DNA from: Paramoeba atlantica
Taxonomy: Eukaryota > Protista > Discosea
Direction of reading: 5' to 3'
Length of the DNA: 64,000 nt
NCBI GenBank assembly: GCA_977017575.1
Contig: CDRNVI010000043.1
Span: 310,001-374,000, forward strand
In this document: piece by piece, positions 8,818 to 19,891 of the stretch
Layout of the letters: the number at the start of each line of letters is the position of its first letter
Numbering within the stretch: position 1 is the stretch's first letter
Notes under the pieces: generated by a model
Told to the model about the DNA's origin: nothing
Seen by the model: the letters and a program-made list of their open reading frames with translations, nothing else
The model's database searches: none
Made by a program: the position numbers and the translations under genes

Positions 8818-8977
8818 TGCCTGGATGGTGTGTCTGAACGGTGTGCCTGGAGAAGTCTTGGATTGCGTATACATTGTAATATTCATTTGCTGTGCCAAAT
8901 CCATTTGGTGTGCCTGGATGGTGTGTCTGAACGGTGTGCCTGGAGAAGTCTTGGATTGCATATACATTGTAATATTC
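8818..8977. repeat. 67-bp direct repeat, 2 copies (period 93)
   Basis: TGCCTGGATGGTGTGTCTGAACGG...TACATTGTAATATTC at 8818-8884 and 8911-8977, one mismatch. Confidence 0.9.
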
Positions 8978-9471
8978 TATTCTTTGTGTTGCTGCGTCAA
9001 CGATTGGAGAAAAAGGGTATATTCTTAGGTTAGTAAGACCTCGCCGCGAAAGGCATATTTTCAGTGCGTAAGTGCAACTATGTTATTGAAAAGCTACCTA
9101 AAATTCGTATGGGGTGATAAAGATGCACGAATAAATATGCGTATGCAAAACAAAATCAACGTGAAACAGATTTGATGCACCCCTGTACAGATACATAAAA
9201 AATGGCCGGCATACGTACAATGTTTGTCAAACGACCATAATAAATTCCATGAGAGAATTTCTCAGAGAAATACAGAAATATTACGCAAAAGGAATTCGTA
9301 CCCTTTTCAAATAGAATAGCCCAAACCTCTGCGGACTTCCTTGACACGCAAGACGCTAAATTATCCAATAAAGGAATAAGTATCAGAAAGGAACAAAAAT
9401 TCTGGCAAACCGACGGCTAAGAAAAGAAAAGTACATACATTAAATGCAAAATATACTTGTAGGTACGATGC

Positions 9472-11040
9472 CTAGAAATGAAATCGGGGTTGCTCAGCAC
9501 TCTGTCCCTCCGTGCTGGACTGCTCGAAGCCGTGTGCTTGAGATGGATCAGGTTCCATGTCGCCTCCTTCGCTCTCAAAATAATTCTCCAGTATTCCAAG
9601 GCACTGGTTGTATACATCATCGCTGTTATGACTTTGTAACTCATCTATCTTGCTAAGACCACCACATTCAATCACCTGTTGTGCATACATATTCGTACCC
9701 TCCACAACAGTACCGGTACGCACGTCCTTTCCTACGCGAAGTATGTTATCAAGTGCTTCCAGTGCCACCATAATAATCTTTGCATCAAATACGGAGAGCA
9801 GGTCGCAAAGAGGTGGAATGACATTCTGCGAAACTAAGTAGTGAATTTGCTCGTGAGTGCCTCCAGCCGTAAGATTGCTTACCGCCCAGGCAGCCTCCTT
9901 TCGTACCTCAAACTCGGAAGCGACAAGTTGTTTAATTACTGCGGGAATAAGCTCTGTCTCTATCACAGCCTGTATCTGCTCCCGAGTCCCCGCCGTAACA
10001 TTCGATATTGTCCAACAAACCTCCTTTCGAATGTTTCGCTTGCTGCTGGCCAAAAGGTAATGGAAGTTCGGCAGGGCACCTTGATTCACCACCGTTTGAG
10101 TCTGTGTGTCACTGCCTGTGACAATGTTCCCGATCGTTCGAATCGCGGGTGTTTGCAGTTGCGACTTGTTCGTTGCCAGAAGCGACACCAAGCGGGGGAC
10201 GGCACCACTTTCAATAACATTTTGGATGCGCTCATTCGGTCCATCACTCAGATAGCTCAGTGCCCAACATGCATCCGCAAGTACCTCATCATCATGGTGA
10301 TTTAATAACGAAACGAGCATCGGCATCAACACCCCCACCTTCTCCATATCCGGCACCGGTTTCCCGCGACACAGGTTCGACACCGCCCATATCGCATTCC
10401 GTACCATACTAATTTTTGTCCCGGGCTGGGCCACAATCCCCATCAGCGGACTCACCACCTCGAGACCTAGAATATAGTCCCGGCACCGCGCGCTGTCCCC
10501 GGCAATATTCCCCAGCGCCCACACGGACTGCTCCCGCACGTCCTCGTTCGGGGACGACAGCAGCTGCACGAACAGCGGCACCGCCCCGCTCTGGATCACC
10601 GCCATGGTGTGCTCGGAGGTCCCGGAGGCTACGTTGGTGAGGGCCCACGCGGCCTCGAACTGCAGCGTTGGGTTGTCGTGCTGGTGAAGGAACTCCACAA
10701 GCCGAGGCAACACCCCGGCGTGGATCACATTGTCAATCGGGGGGTTACTCTCCACAGAGAGCAGCTTGCGAATCAGCAACGTGCCTTTGCACTGTTCCTC
10801 GGTGTCGGTGCTATTCACGAGATGGACCATCTGGGGGAGTTGTTGTAGGAGTTTCTCCACGGACTCCGTGGTGTCGAGAGTCTCCTCGGCGGGTGGTTCC
10901 CCCGCTTTGCGACGCTTCTCCAGGAGGTCATCGCGTTTTTTAGTGCGTAGGGAAAGGGACATCTCTTCACGGCGCCGGGGTGCTCGATCAAGATCCACAC
11001 CTGCCTTGAGCGTTTTCTTTTTGTCTTGTCCTGCGAACAT
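9472..11040 (-). CDS. KPNA: Importin alpha (karyopherin alpha)
   Basis: IBB domain (RRREE..LSLRTKKRDDLLEKRR), ARM repeats (LQFEAAWALTNVASG, EQSVWALGNIAGD, ACWALSYLSDG, VCWTISNVTAG). Likely start MFAGQ at 11040; the ORF is open to 11097. Confidence 0.97.
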   Translation of the reverse strand: MFAGQDKKKTLKAGVDLDRAPRRREEMSLSLRTKKRDDLLEKRRKAGEPPAEETLDTTESVEKLLQQLPQMVHLVNSTDTEEQCKGTLLIRKLLSVESNPPIDNVIHAGVLPRLVEFLHQHDNPTLQFEAAWALTNVASGTSEHTMAVIQSGAVPLFVQLLSSPNEDVREQSVWALGNIAGDSARCRDYILGLEVVSPLMGIVAQPGTKISMVRNAIWAVSNLCRGKPVPDMEKVGVLMPMLVSLLNHHDDEVLADACWALSYLSDGPNERIQNVIESGAVPRLVSLLATNKSQLQTPAIRTIGNIVTGSDTQTQTVVNQGALPNFHYLLASSKRNIRKEVCWTISNVTAGTREQIQAVIETELIPAVIKQLVASEFEVRKEAAWAVSNLTAGGTHEQIHYLVSQNVIPPLCDLLSVFDAKIIMVALEALDNILRVGKDVRTGTVVEGTNMYAQQVIECGGLSKIDELQSHNSDDVYNQCLGILENYFESEGGDMEPDPSQAHGFEQSSTEGQSAEQPRFHF

Positions 11041-11174
11041 AAAGAGAGGTGGGGTAAGGAAAGAAGTATAGATTCTAGAATTAAGATGTTTCGTCACGAA
11101 TCCTATGGTATCATTTTATCCAATGTTAGATTACATACTCTGCATAATTATGATTCAGAGGATACGTCTACTCA

Positions 11175-12206
11175 CTACGATTGCGTAGACATGATCTTGC
11201 GATTGCCGAGTTCGTTAAGAAATGACGATAAATAGTCATAGTAACCACCACATCGCTCCATCCAACGCAACAAGATTCTGTTGAAAACTGTGGCTGTCGG
11301 TGGACAACATTGAGGCATACAAAAATGGGTGTGCACACTTTGTATCGGCTTCCCTGAATAAAGTATTTTGGTGACAGACTTTGCAGTCGTGGTTGACAAT
11401 TTTCCATTAGTGGTCGTCTGTAAAGAAAACTTCTTTATCGTCTTCATGGGATCTGAACTTTGAAACAACCTCCAGTAGCCAAAATTACACTCCAAAGGCG
11501 CTGTCCATAAAAGTGGAGATTCCACACCTTTGCTGCATTCGGATGCAACGTTTTCCAACGCAGCTTGGTCATAATAACGCGAGTTGTGCGTGTAAGTACG
11601 CCACCGACTCGGAAGATCGCTGTCATTCGTAAACACCCACCCGCCGTTGTACTTCCCGAAAAGAATTTCATCTTCTGTGCGGATGCTGTGCGGCGAAAGC
11701 CCAATAACTTTTTTGTCACTATTCATCTCTGCGTCGTAGTGCGGTAAAGGATCAAGGAGGACTACATCAGAGTCAAGCCACAGTGTATTCGCGTGATGCT
11801 TCAGTGCTAACGACATGGCAGTAGCTTTTTCCATCATGAAGTCCTCATGTTGTGTGCGGTAAATACGTCCAGGTGTAATTTCCATTCGTTTTCGATTAAT
11901 CGCGCCGTATTTGTCTAAGAATGAAAAGAAGAATGTATTATTGCCTTCCAAATTCAATCTGGTATCCTTTTTGGATGCCCAAAATTCGCGCGCTTGAACC
12001 TCCAATGCCGTTGTGCATAATACGAATAACGACAATTTAGGTTGGTAATGTCGCAACGCATGATGAAACAGCAAGAATTCATCTATGCATTCTATAGTGG
12101 ATATTGTGCAAACGCTTTCGATTCCCACTACGATATGGCATAAGTATGATTTACTAAACATGAAGGCAATATGTGTGCGTGTATGCATACACGTATGAAA
12201 GTTCAC
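11175..12206 (-). CDS. Nucleotide-diphospho-sugar transferase (GT77-like glycosyltransferase)
   Basis: LWLDSDVVLLDPL (DxD motif), YNGGWVF, YDQAALE. Confidence 0.7.
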   Translation of the reverse strand: MNFHTCMHTRTHIAFMFSKSYLCHIVVGIESVCTISTIECIDEFLLFHHALRHYQPKLSLFVLCTTALEVQAREFWASKKDTRLNLEGNNTFFFSFLDKYGAINRKRMEITPGRIYRTQHEDFMMEKATAMSLALKHHANTLWLDSDVVLLDPLPHYDAEMNSDKKVIGLSPHSIRTEDEILFGKYNGGWVFTNDSDLPSRWRTYTHNSRYYDQAALENVASECSKGVESPLLWTAPLECNFGYWRLFQSSDPMKTIKKFSLQTTTNGKLSTTTAKSVTKILYSGKPIQSVHTHFCMPQCCPPTATVFNRILLRWMERCGGYYDYLSSFLNELGNRKIMSTQS

Positions 12207-13461
12207 GTAAAGAATTCTGATATCACACTTGTAATCAACTGCTACACTGTATACTGTACTGTAACTACTATACAGTACCTGTATTTGTTTTAGTGTAGGT
12301 CAATTCAAGTTTCATTACTAAAGGGGGTTTTTCTTCTTTACTAAAAATATGCGGTGGGTGACTTTATGCTGTCCACGAGGACTGTAACAATGCCGATCAC
12401 GGTGATGTGCACCCTTGTTATTGGAATAAGCCCGTTTCTGTGACATAACGCGGCGGAAAGATAAAAAATAGAAGGAAAATACCTAAAAGAACGAAAAAAT
12501 CGATGAAATTGAAGAAAATTGCAAGTTCCGAAGACTTACTTTTTTGTCCAAAATAAAAACATTTAAAAACACTGGAAACGCAATAGCAGGTGACACTTAT
12601 CTCTGCAAGAGCTCTCGAATGCGGGGCTACTTTCCAAAATTGGATAATTTATACGATTTTTGACCCCCCCCATATTTTCGTGCCACCCCATGTATGTTAG
12701 ACATACTAAATCTATATCTATAAATTATTGTTGTATCTTCTGGTTCTATACATTTTATACGATACATAAGTTCTGTCTCTTAATAACCACTCGGGTATTT
12801 TTAAAACGCGCTTGTAGAAAAATCCGTCTCTGATGATGAAGAACTCCATGGCTACATGTTACGAATACTTTCCTTGACACGGGTTCTCTGAACACAGTCG
12901 CAAACCGTATGAATTTTGCATTGCATTTCGCCTGCGCGCATTATTTTTCCTCCTTTCTTCTGTCGAATACGGTATCCCACACGAAAATTTCCGCAACGAC
13001 GCGAATCTCCAGCTTTATGTTTTCGAACACCCGAATTTTTAAGTGTTCGCGCGTTTGAAGGGCTTGAGTTTTGCGCCCGTTTTCGGATCCGAGCCTTCCA
13101 CTTCTTTGCCATTTTGGCCAATAATCCGTGTTTTCTCACATACGAATAAGATTCACTTATTTAAACGGAAAGCAAGAAGTAGAATACAATTTCTTTTGAA
13201 CACGAAACGAGCAATGCAAGAATAATACGAAAGTGTAATACGATAACGAAAGAGTAATACAAGAGTAATACAATAGAAGCCCAATCTTAAGAATAAGTAT
13301 CCCAAGAATTGGTATAACGTTTCCCGGTCCTGTATTACAACGAACGTTTAGAGATTCCAGCAACATTCAAGACTCCTGATAAGAGCGTAGTCAAATGGAA
13401 TATTTTTCTGAATGAGCGAGTCCCTTCATCACTGGTGGACTCCATCAGTGAGCAATACGAA

Positions 13462-14613
13462 TTATACTGACCAGCTTTCAATGCGAAGATGAATAATTCC
13501 CCACTCTTCGTAAAAAAACTTAAAAAGAATTTGAGTTGCGCGACTTATATTACTGATACTCTTTCGAGTAGACTGATTTTCCTGTGTGACGAAGCGGTAG
13601 AATCGGCTCAATAATTGGACGGTTCGTAAAAGTCGTGGGGTTAAATATTCAAAGACAACAAAATCGGTCTCTATACATGACGTAATTCGTTTCGTTTCCA
13701 TGAAATAGTCGCTCAGCGCGTTTGTAGTATGCAAAGCTGGACGAAGGAAACAGTGAGGATTTGAGATTTCATGATTACGTTGAGATTCCTCAAATTTCGA
13801 TTCCGAAAATTTGGAATCAAGTAAAACTTGACGAAAGAAAGACGAATACTTTACATTATTATCATAATGAAGCACCGAAGAATGTACATGCAGTGCCTCA
13901 TCAATCTGGCATGAAGGGTATTTATTCGTACTACGCTGAAAAGAGCCCAATTTCGAAGGACTGCGAGTGACACACGCGCGAAGTCGATACAAACGAGCAT
14001 TACGAGGCTTTAAGGCTGATGGTAAAATTAATCCGAGCCTTTGTGACGTAATAGAAGGATTCTGTAGCATCATATTAAAAGCCGATGAATGGGTATTCAA
14101 TGTGTTCCCTTCAACGCGCGTCGTTGAATCCACCAGAAACTGGTTCTTGGTAACAAAAGAAGTATACCTCTCTGCAAGTTGAATATACGGATGCGTTCCA
14201 CCTGTTAAACATGCATTTTTGTCTCTTGTTGTAAAATATTCTGCAAAGGATATGTGCTCTGCAAGGTTCATAACACGTAGAAGCAGACGAGCAGAGGAAG
14301 ATCCCAGCGAACGAAGATCAGAAATGTAACTCGCCTGGAGAACAACTGAACGTAGTTCTTTATGAAAATCGCTCAAGGAAGAAAGTTGGAAAGGATCGAC
14401 AAAGTACTCAAGTGCTGCAAACAAAATATCGCAGATAAGGTCAGCATAATTCTCATAAAAGAAACCCTGCAGCACATTGTTTATTTCACGATACGAACCA
14501 GAATCTGTAACTCGATAGGTCCTGTATAGATTTTTGAGCTGATAGTGACAAAATGAAACAACCGCACAAAGTGCATGGCGAAGGGTTGGAGGATTTAGTA
14601 CATGATTCGACAT
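13462..14613 (-). CDS. Hypothetical protein (383 aa)
   Basis: Long ORF on the coding strand; no motif recognised. Confidence 0.6.
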   Translation of the reverse strand: MSNHVLNPPTLRHALCAVVSFCHYQLKNLYRTYRVTDSGSYREINNVLQGFFYENYADLICDILFAALEYFVDPFQLSSLSDFHKELRSVVLQASYISDLRSLGSSSARLLLRVMNLAEHISFAEYFTTRDKNACLTGGTHPYIQLAERYTSFVTKNQFLVDSTTRVEGNTLNTHSSAFNMMLQNPSITSQRLGLILPSALKPRNARLYRLRACVTRSPSKLGSFQRSTNKYPSCQIDEALHVHSSVLHYDNNVKYSSFFRQVLLDSKFSESKFEESQRNHEISNPHCFLRPALHTTNALSDYFMETKRITSCIETDFVVFEYLTPRLLRTVQLLSRFYRFVTQENQSTRKSISNISRATQILFKFFYEEWGIIHLRIESWSV

Positions 14614-15136
14614 AAAACTAACGCCATCACAAGAGAATTATGCCGTGAAACACAAGGACGTCGACAGATACCTCCTCGCGGCGATCCCCAAGAAAGCTAT
14701 GTTGTTCATAAACTATGTTTTAAACAATAAGTGGAATAATTAGAAATTTGATTTGTTATTTTGTTTCATACGTAGCACCATCCTATCAATGCTATAAAGG
14801 ACCTTAGAAAATGTTTCCTTCTTTGAAAAGCATTTTATAGAAAATACCACCTGTACAAGAACAAAGTAATATAATATAAGTTTTAAAATGTGTAGCATTC
14901 AGTTAAATATTTACTGAATGATACACATTTTTTTCCTTAAGCACGTCATAAATTCCTTTGGCTTAATTACACACAATATAGTTAATAGTATCTGGACTGT
15001 GTTGTTTACAGCTGCACATTAAGAAATGAGACCCCGACTACAGAAATTGCAACACATCCAGAATATGCCCTACAAGAACATTTTAACGAAGTTGCGTTCG
15101 ATTTAAAGAAAAAAATTGGGTTCAATCATGAAAATA

Positions 15137-15361
15137 TTAATCTGAATCGTTTAACGCACTCTCAGAGTCCATGGCTTCACATTTGCTTCGTACGCGATCC
15201 CACATTTCTTTTTGTGTGTGTCCAGCATTTGCTGCCATAAAGCCCTTGTCAACAACATCGTACATAGCGACGCGATATGCGAAAGGCAGGGTGACTATCA
15301 AAAACATCCGTACATAACCTACCCCGAATACGTTGTGAAAGACCGACCGCCAGATAGTCAT
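15137..15361 (-). CDS. Small single-TM protein, possibly cytochrome bc1 subunit 9 (QCR9)-like
   Basis: 74 aa, one hydrophobic helix followed by YDVVDKGFMAANAGHTQKEMWDRV, loosely matching QCR9 D..w...NkGk.wkdi. Confidence 0.4.
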   Translation of the reverse strand: MTIWRSVFHNVFGVGYVRMFLIVTLPFAYRVAMYDVVDKGFMAANAGHTQKEMWDRVRSKCEAMDSESALNDSD

Positions 15362-15725
15362 AAAGTAAAGTGAATTACCTCCTATTGTATGGAGTAGATA
15401 AAGTGAAACTATCTCCTGTCGTATAGAGTATACATCTAAATCTTATATACATCTGTATATTTTCTACGACCAGCATGAACGGATTTCAATTTGAATAGAC
15501 CACACTCCACGTTTCTATGTGTAAGCATTCTGCGAAAACGCTTAACTGCAATCTAAACGTATGCGCTATAGATAACATAAAGAGCTCACGAAATTTACAA
15601 CATGCGTATTACATACAAAAACTAGTAGAATAGTTCAGAATATAATGAGACGAAAGTTAGCGAACCGAGCTGCATTATTCAAGCGATAGATGCAAAATTG
15701 TAAAACGAACTAAAAGTGGGCTCCG

Positions 15726-16166
15726 CTACTTCGAGACTTCTCCGAATTTTTCTTTGCGTGCTCGAATACGTTCTTCACTCATTTCGGGATCAGGATTTGT
15801 GTTAAATTTTTTACGACGAGCGGCAATGCGTTCAGACGTCATGGCTTCTGCGAGAGAGACATTGCTATCAGTGGGATCATCATTATGTATTGGGGTGGCA
15901 CTCTTCAAAGTTCCGAATTTATACATTCGCCTCAAAACTCTTTCTGCTTCCGAGTCGGGCGGAACGGGATTATTTCCCAAATCACAGTGTTCGCGGAGCT
16001 CTGGGGACAGCGACTCCGCAAGAGAGTTAATAGTGTGTATTGTGACTCCTTGATCCGGTTCAAAAGTAGCAGGTGGGATCCAAGTGAAAGGCTTCGGAAC
16101 ACCACTCTTCGGTGTCTCCTCCGGAACGTTAGTGGTTATTACTCGGCGTAGACGGGCAAGATCCAT
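15726..16166 (-). CDS. Tho1/MOS11/SARNP-like RNA-binding protein
   Basis: Repeated R-x-x-K/R-F-G-like motifs (RMYKFG, RRKKFN, RKEKFG); likely start MDLARL at 16166. Confidence 0.45.
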   Translation of the reverse strand: MDLARLRRVITTNVPEETPKSGVPKPFTWIPPATFEPDQGVTIHTINSLAESLSPELREHCDLGNNPVPPDSEAERVLRRMYKFGTLKSATPIHNDDPTDSNVSLAEAMTSERIAARRKKFNTNPDPEMSEERIRARKEKFGEVSK

Positions 16167-16404
16167 GAAGTAATACAATAAATGAAATGAGAAATACTGG
16201 TGCGACATTACTGGTGTAATGAAATATGAGTCCCATACAATAGTGATAGAAATACTTCTGGGGATATGAAAATCTGTTGCTTTTAAATCGTAAAATAGAT
16301 AATAACGCATTGGTTCCTGAAGCTCTAAGAGACTGAGTTTTGTGTGAGGACCCGGTTTTTGGGAACCATGAGATGCACAAAAAATGAACGACGGAAGTAA
16401 GATA

Positions 16405-16770
16405 TCATTGACTTGCGTCTTGCGTAGTAGCTCTTCTGTGCTGCCTAGGTTTAGCAGAATCTAAGTCAAATCCTACATACGCGGCCGTCTTTCGTACTCT
16501 TTCCATATCAGATTGTTTCTGTCCATATCGACTGTGCTGGTTTCGCAAGTCGGCAATACACTCTCGTAAAAACGTGTAATGAGAACCGCGAAGAAATGAA
16601 CTGTTATATTCTGGAGAAATGGGCATGCACGTCTCTTGACGTACGTCCTTGCCTCCTTGTTCAAGTCCTTCTTTTTCGTCCGGATGCAACGTTTCCTTTG
16701 CTTTCTCCTGGAGTTCAGCAAATGGAATATTAACAGGGACGCGGCAACGCAACAGTCTGAAACGGAACAT
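16405..16770 (-). CDS. Hypothetical protein, probably mitochondrial
   Basis: Starts MFRFRLLR, typical of short kinetoplastid mitochondrial presequences. Confidence 0.55.
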   Translation of the reverse strand: MFRFRLLRCRVPVNIPFAELQEKAKETLHPDEKEGLEQGGKDVRQETCMPISPEYNSSFLRGSHYTFLRECIADLRNQHSRYGQKQSDMERVRKTAAYVGFDLDSAKPRQHRRATTQDASQ

Positions 16771-17110
16771 TTACCTAAAATCTATCAAGCGTAGTAGTGT
16801 GCTACACACATTGATATTTCTATGACAGACACTAAAAGCGGCTCAGAACGAGCTGTAAAAGGTGATGAAAAAGTGCATTGTACAATGATAGTAGTACTGC
16901 AACCATCATAGGGGTGTAAAAAGCGGTTCTTTTAATAAATATTAGCAAGTGATACTTGATAAACTTTTTAGTCGCGGCTGCCAAAGAATTGGTGCTTTTC
17001 AGAATTGTAACCTTGCAGGACGGTAACCTTGCAGAGGAATATCAACAATAATATCAATATTATTTAGACAGTATTTCCAGAGAAAGCATGTAGAGTTGTC
17101 GTTTACCTCT

Positions 17111-18583
17111 TCAGTCTAACTCGCGTTCGATAAATGCTCTAAGAGTGCTGTCATGGTACCCATGCAGTCGTGCAGTTTCGGTGAGATTATAGAGAGGTGA
17201 TGGATCAAAAGGAAACCATTGCAGACGACTCTTGATGGTTTCTTGATCAGTGTCCAAAGAGTACTCGTTTTCGTTAGAAACCATGTTGCCAAAGTGACGT
17301 TTCGTTATGGAAGGGGCCAGAATTCGCCAATTTATGCGTCCCCAAAATCTTTTATCGGTGTTAGGAAAGATTTTCCCTAAGTCTTTACGACTCTCTGAAT
17401 CTATTTCAGGGTGTGTTTCGTTTGAGCTTAAGTACAAATAACTTTGAACAGCTGCAGCCAAGGTACCAGCCGGGCCCTTCGATTCATTTGTCCATTGTAT
17501 AGAGCTTGTCAAGTCGTAAAACCATTGTGCACTTTTTTGCAAAGAATCATGTGTCACGTGTGGAGATCGCATTAAAAATGATGAAAGAAAAAGTAGATAA
17601 TTTTGTGCCTGATAAAAAGAGCACTGTTGCAAGCTTTTTAGTACCGAGAGTTTTAGCTGTTTTATCAAAGCCGACGGATGAAGAAAGACGGTACTCAGGC
17701 AGACATGCATTGCAACAAAGTCTTTTGATGCGTCTGATGCAGCAATCGCAGGGAGCAAGTCGAGTGCAGCGAGTGAAAGACTGCGGCGCAAAGAGGAGTG
17801 ATTCAACACGGTAAGCACCAGTTTTGTGGAAAGATTATCCAGGCACTGTGCATCACGATAGGAGATACATTCGTGCTCAATATTCAAAAAGAATTCCCAT
17901 ACAAGTTTTGAGATTTCAAACGCGGTACAACGAACATCTGTGCTTGAGTTACCAACAGTGAGCTGTGATGTCGAGCTAAGTTTTATTTTCTTTCTGAGCC
18001 ATAACTCGTCAGGACAATGGGAAGAACCATGTTTCCCAAGGCAAACATTTTTTTCATATTCCAAAAATCTGATTAAAGTACTAACCAGAGTTTCAATTTG
18101 CAACAGGTATTGAGTTTTCGAAGAGTGTCGAGTACTTATTACGAAATTTCGCAGGTAGCTCATTGCATCTTTTGACACTATACTATTTTCATGAATTCTC
18201 ATCTTTAAAAATATATTAGCAAGACAATCGCTAAGACGGATTCGAACTTGTGCTAACCTTTGCGAGTCAATTATTTGACCATGCAAGCGCGTTACCTCAT
18301 CCACCTGCAGTTCTTTAACACCAGAAAGTACTTGTTCCAAAATGCTTCGATAAATATCAACTCGCAAGAGCAACGCGCTGCTACATAATTGCTGTATTGA
18401 CATCAAAAAGCTATTCACGTCATCTGGATCTAAGAGATTGAGGGTGCTCCATGGCAAAGCTGATAGGTTAGGAGTGTAAGATTCGTCCTCCGTCATATTT
18501 TTTGCAGCAGCCCGTCGTTGTATTTCAGTTTCTACGTTTTGTACCCATTCAAGGACATCATGAAGAGGTATTTTCGAAGCCAT
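17111..18583 (-). CDS. Hypothetical alpha-helical protein (490 aa)
   Basis: Long Leu-rich ORF on the coding strand. Confidence 0.7.
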   Translation of the reverse strand: MASKIPLHDVLEWVQNVETEIQRRAAAKNMTEDESYTPNLSALPWSTLNLLDPDDVNSFLMSIQQLCSSALLLRVDIYRSILEQVLSGVKELQVDEVTRLHGQIIDSQRLAQVRIRLSDCLANIFLKMRIHENSIVSKDAMSYLRNFVISTRHSSKTQYLLQIETLVSTLIRFLEYEKNVCLGKHGSSHCPDELWLRKKIKLSSTSQLTVGNSSTDVRCTAFEISKLVWEFFLNIEHECISYRDAQCLDNLSTKLVLTVLNHSSLRRSLSLAALDLLPAIAASDASKDFVAMHVCLSTVFLHPSALIKQLKLSVLKSLQQCSFYQAQNYLLFLSSFLMRSPHVTHDSLQKSAQWFYDLTSSIQWTNESKGPAGTLAAAVQSYLYLSSNETHPEIDSESRKDLGKIFPNTDKRFWGRINWRILAPSITKRHFGNMVSNENEYSLDTDQETIKSRLQWFPFDPSPLYNLTETARLHGYHDSTLRAFIERELD

Positions 18584-18893
18584 CGAACAATTTGAGATAA
18601 CGTTTCAGGGGACTTACAAGCCCATTATTGGAAGAATGATGTAATAAAATAATTGGCCAAGTATTAAAATTTTTATACCCCCCAGATCGGACTGATCCCC
18701 CCTGTATATCACTGTGCAGCACATCATTGCGTTCCTACACAAATTGCTGTGTAATACCTACACAGCGTACCTATCTAGCGTATACTCTAGATACGCTATT
18801 ATACATTTCCCTCAACTTTCTTTGAACTACTAGCAGCAGCTCCTACCTAAAGAGGCTAATGCGCCCCCTTTACTAAAGTTCATAGAAACACCT

Positions 18894-19742
18894 TTACAAG
18901 AAGACAATGTTCTTCCACTCTTTTGGTACCGTGCAAGAAAGCTGGTTGGCACTCAAATCAATAGAAAAACATTCTTGAGGAGGAAAGTCATCCAGAAAAA
19001 TGACTTCACCATCGAATGCGTTGTGCGAGAGGTCAATTTGCATCACGGTTTCGGGTAGATTGGCAAATGTGAGATCACCTTGTAACGCGTTATGATCGAG
19101 AAACAACTGCTGTAGAACAGGGGGTAAAGACGAAACAATAATGGAACCATTCAGACGATTGTTGTTTACGCTAATGCATTGTAACGCAGCCGGCAGAGAT
19201 GAGAGATCAATTGACCCAGTAATGTCGTTGTGTGAAACAAAAAGCCGCTCTAAAGGCGGCGGCAGGGTCTGTAGATCTAAACTGCCGCTAAAACGATTTC
19301 TTTGTAGTAAACATCGGTACATTTGAGGCGGAAGAGAAGTAAGATCTGTGTTCCCAATAAACTTGTTGCAGTGCAATGTTAATGCTACAAGAAACGATGG
19401 AAGTGCATCGAGAAAAGCATTCCCACTTAATTCGTTGTTGTCCAAATGAAGTTTCAACAGAGTGGAAGGTAATAGTGACCACGTAATGTTGCCTTTCAGA
19501 TCCATAGAACTCCAGTTAATTTGTGTGATTACCGTCCCATTGCTACAAGAGATTCCTTTCCACTTACATTGAGGTGTTTTCTTCGTCCACGAAGAATGCT
19601 TTTTGTACAACAGAGAAACTATGTGTGCCAATGCCGCTTCTTGAGATATCAGAGAAGCGCTGACCTTCTTCGGCCGCATTTTGTCATGGGTTTGTAGTGT
19701 GAACAGTGGCCAAGATCCAAGAAGACCAAGACAGAACATCAT
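18894..19742 (-). CDS. Leucine-rich repeat protein (plant-type N-cap)
   Basis: CKWKGISC cap followed by about 7 repeats of LPxxLxxLxLxxNxxxGxxDL. Confidence 0.9.
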   Translation of the reverse strand: MMFCLGLLGSWPLFTLQTHDKMRPKKVSASLISQEAALAHIVSLLYKKHSSWTKKTPQCKWKGISCSNGTVITQINWSSMDLKGNITWSLLPSTLLKLHLDNNELSGNAFLDALPSFLVALTLHCNKFIGNTDLTSLPPQMYRCLLQRNRFSGSLDLQTLPPPLERLFVSHNDITGSIDLSSLPAALQCISVNNNRLNGSIIVSSLPPVLQQLFLDHNALQGDLTFANLPETVMQIDLSHNAFDGEVIFLDDFPPQECFSIDLSANQLSCTVPKEWKNIVFL

Positions 19743-19891
19743 GTAAAAATATGGTTAGTATACGTATGAAATATAGACCAAACCAATATTTAGTTATTGA
19801 TAGTAATGCTCTCTTACTCGGGTAAATAAACTGATTCATGAATATAGTGCAACACGAAAACTGATTAGCTATCCGATCAGCTGGGGTTTTA

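Noticed and set aside
12852-13139. 95-aa Lys/Arg-rich ORF
   Set aside because: GTG start, no motif, and the other frames look equally plausible; cannot be supported.
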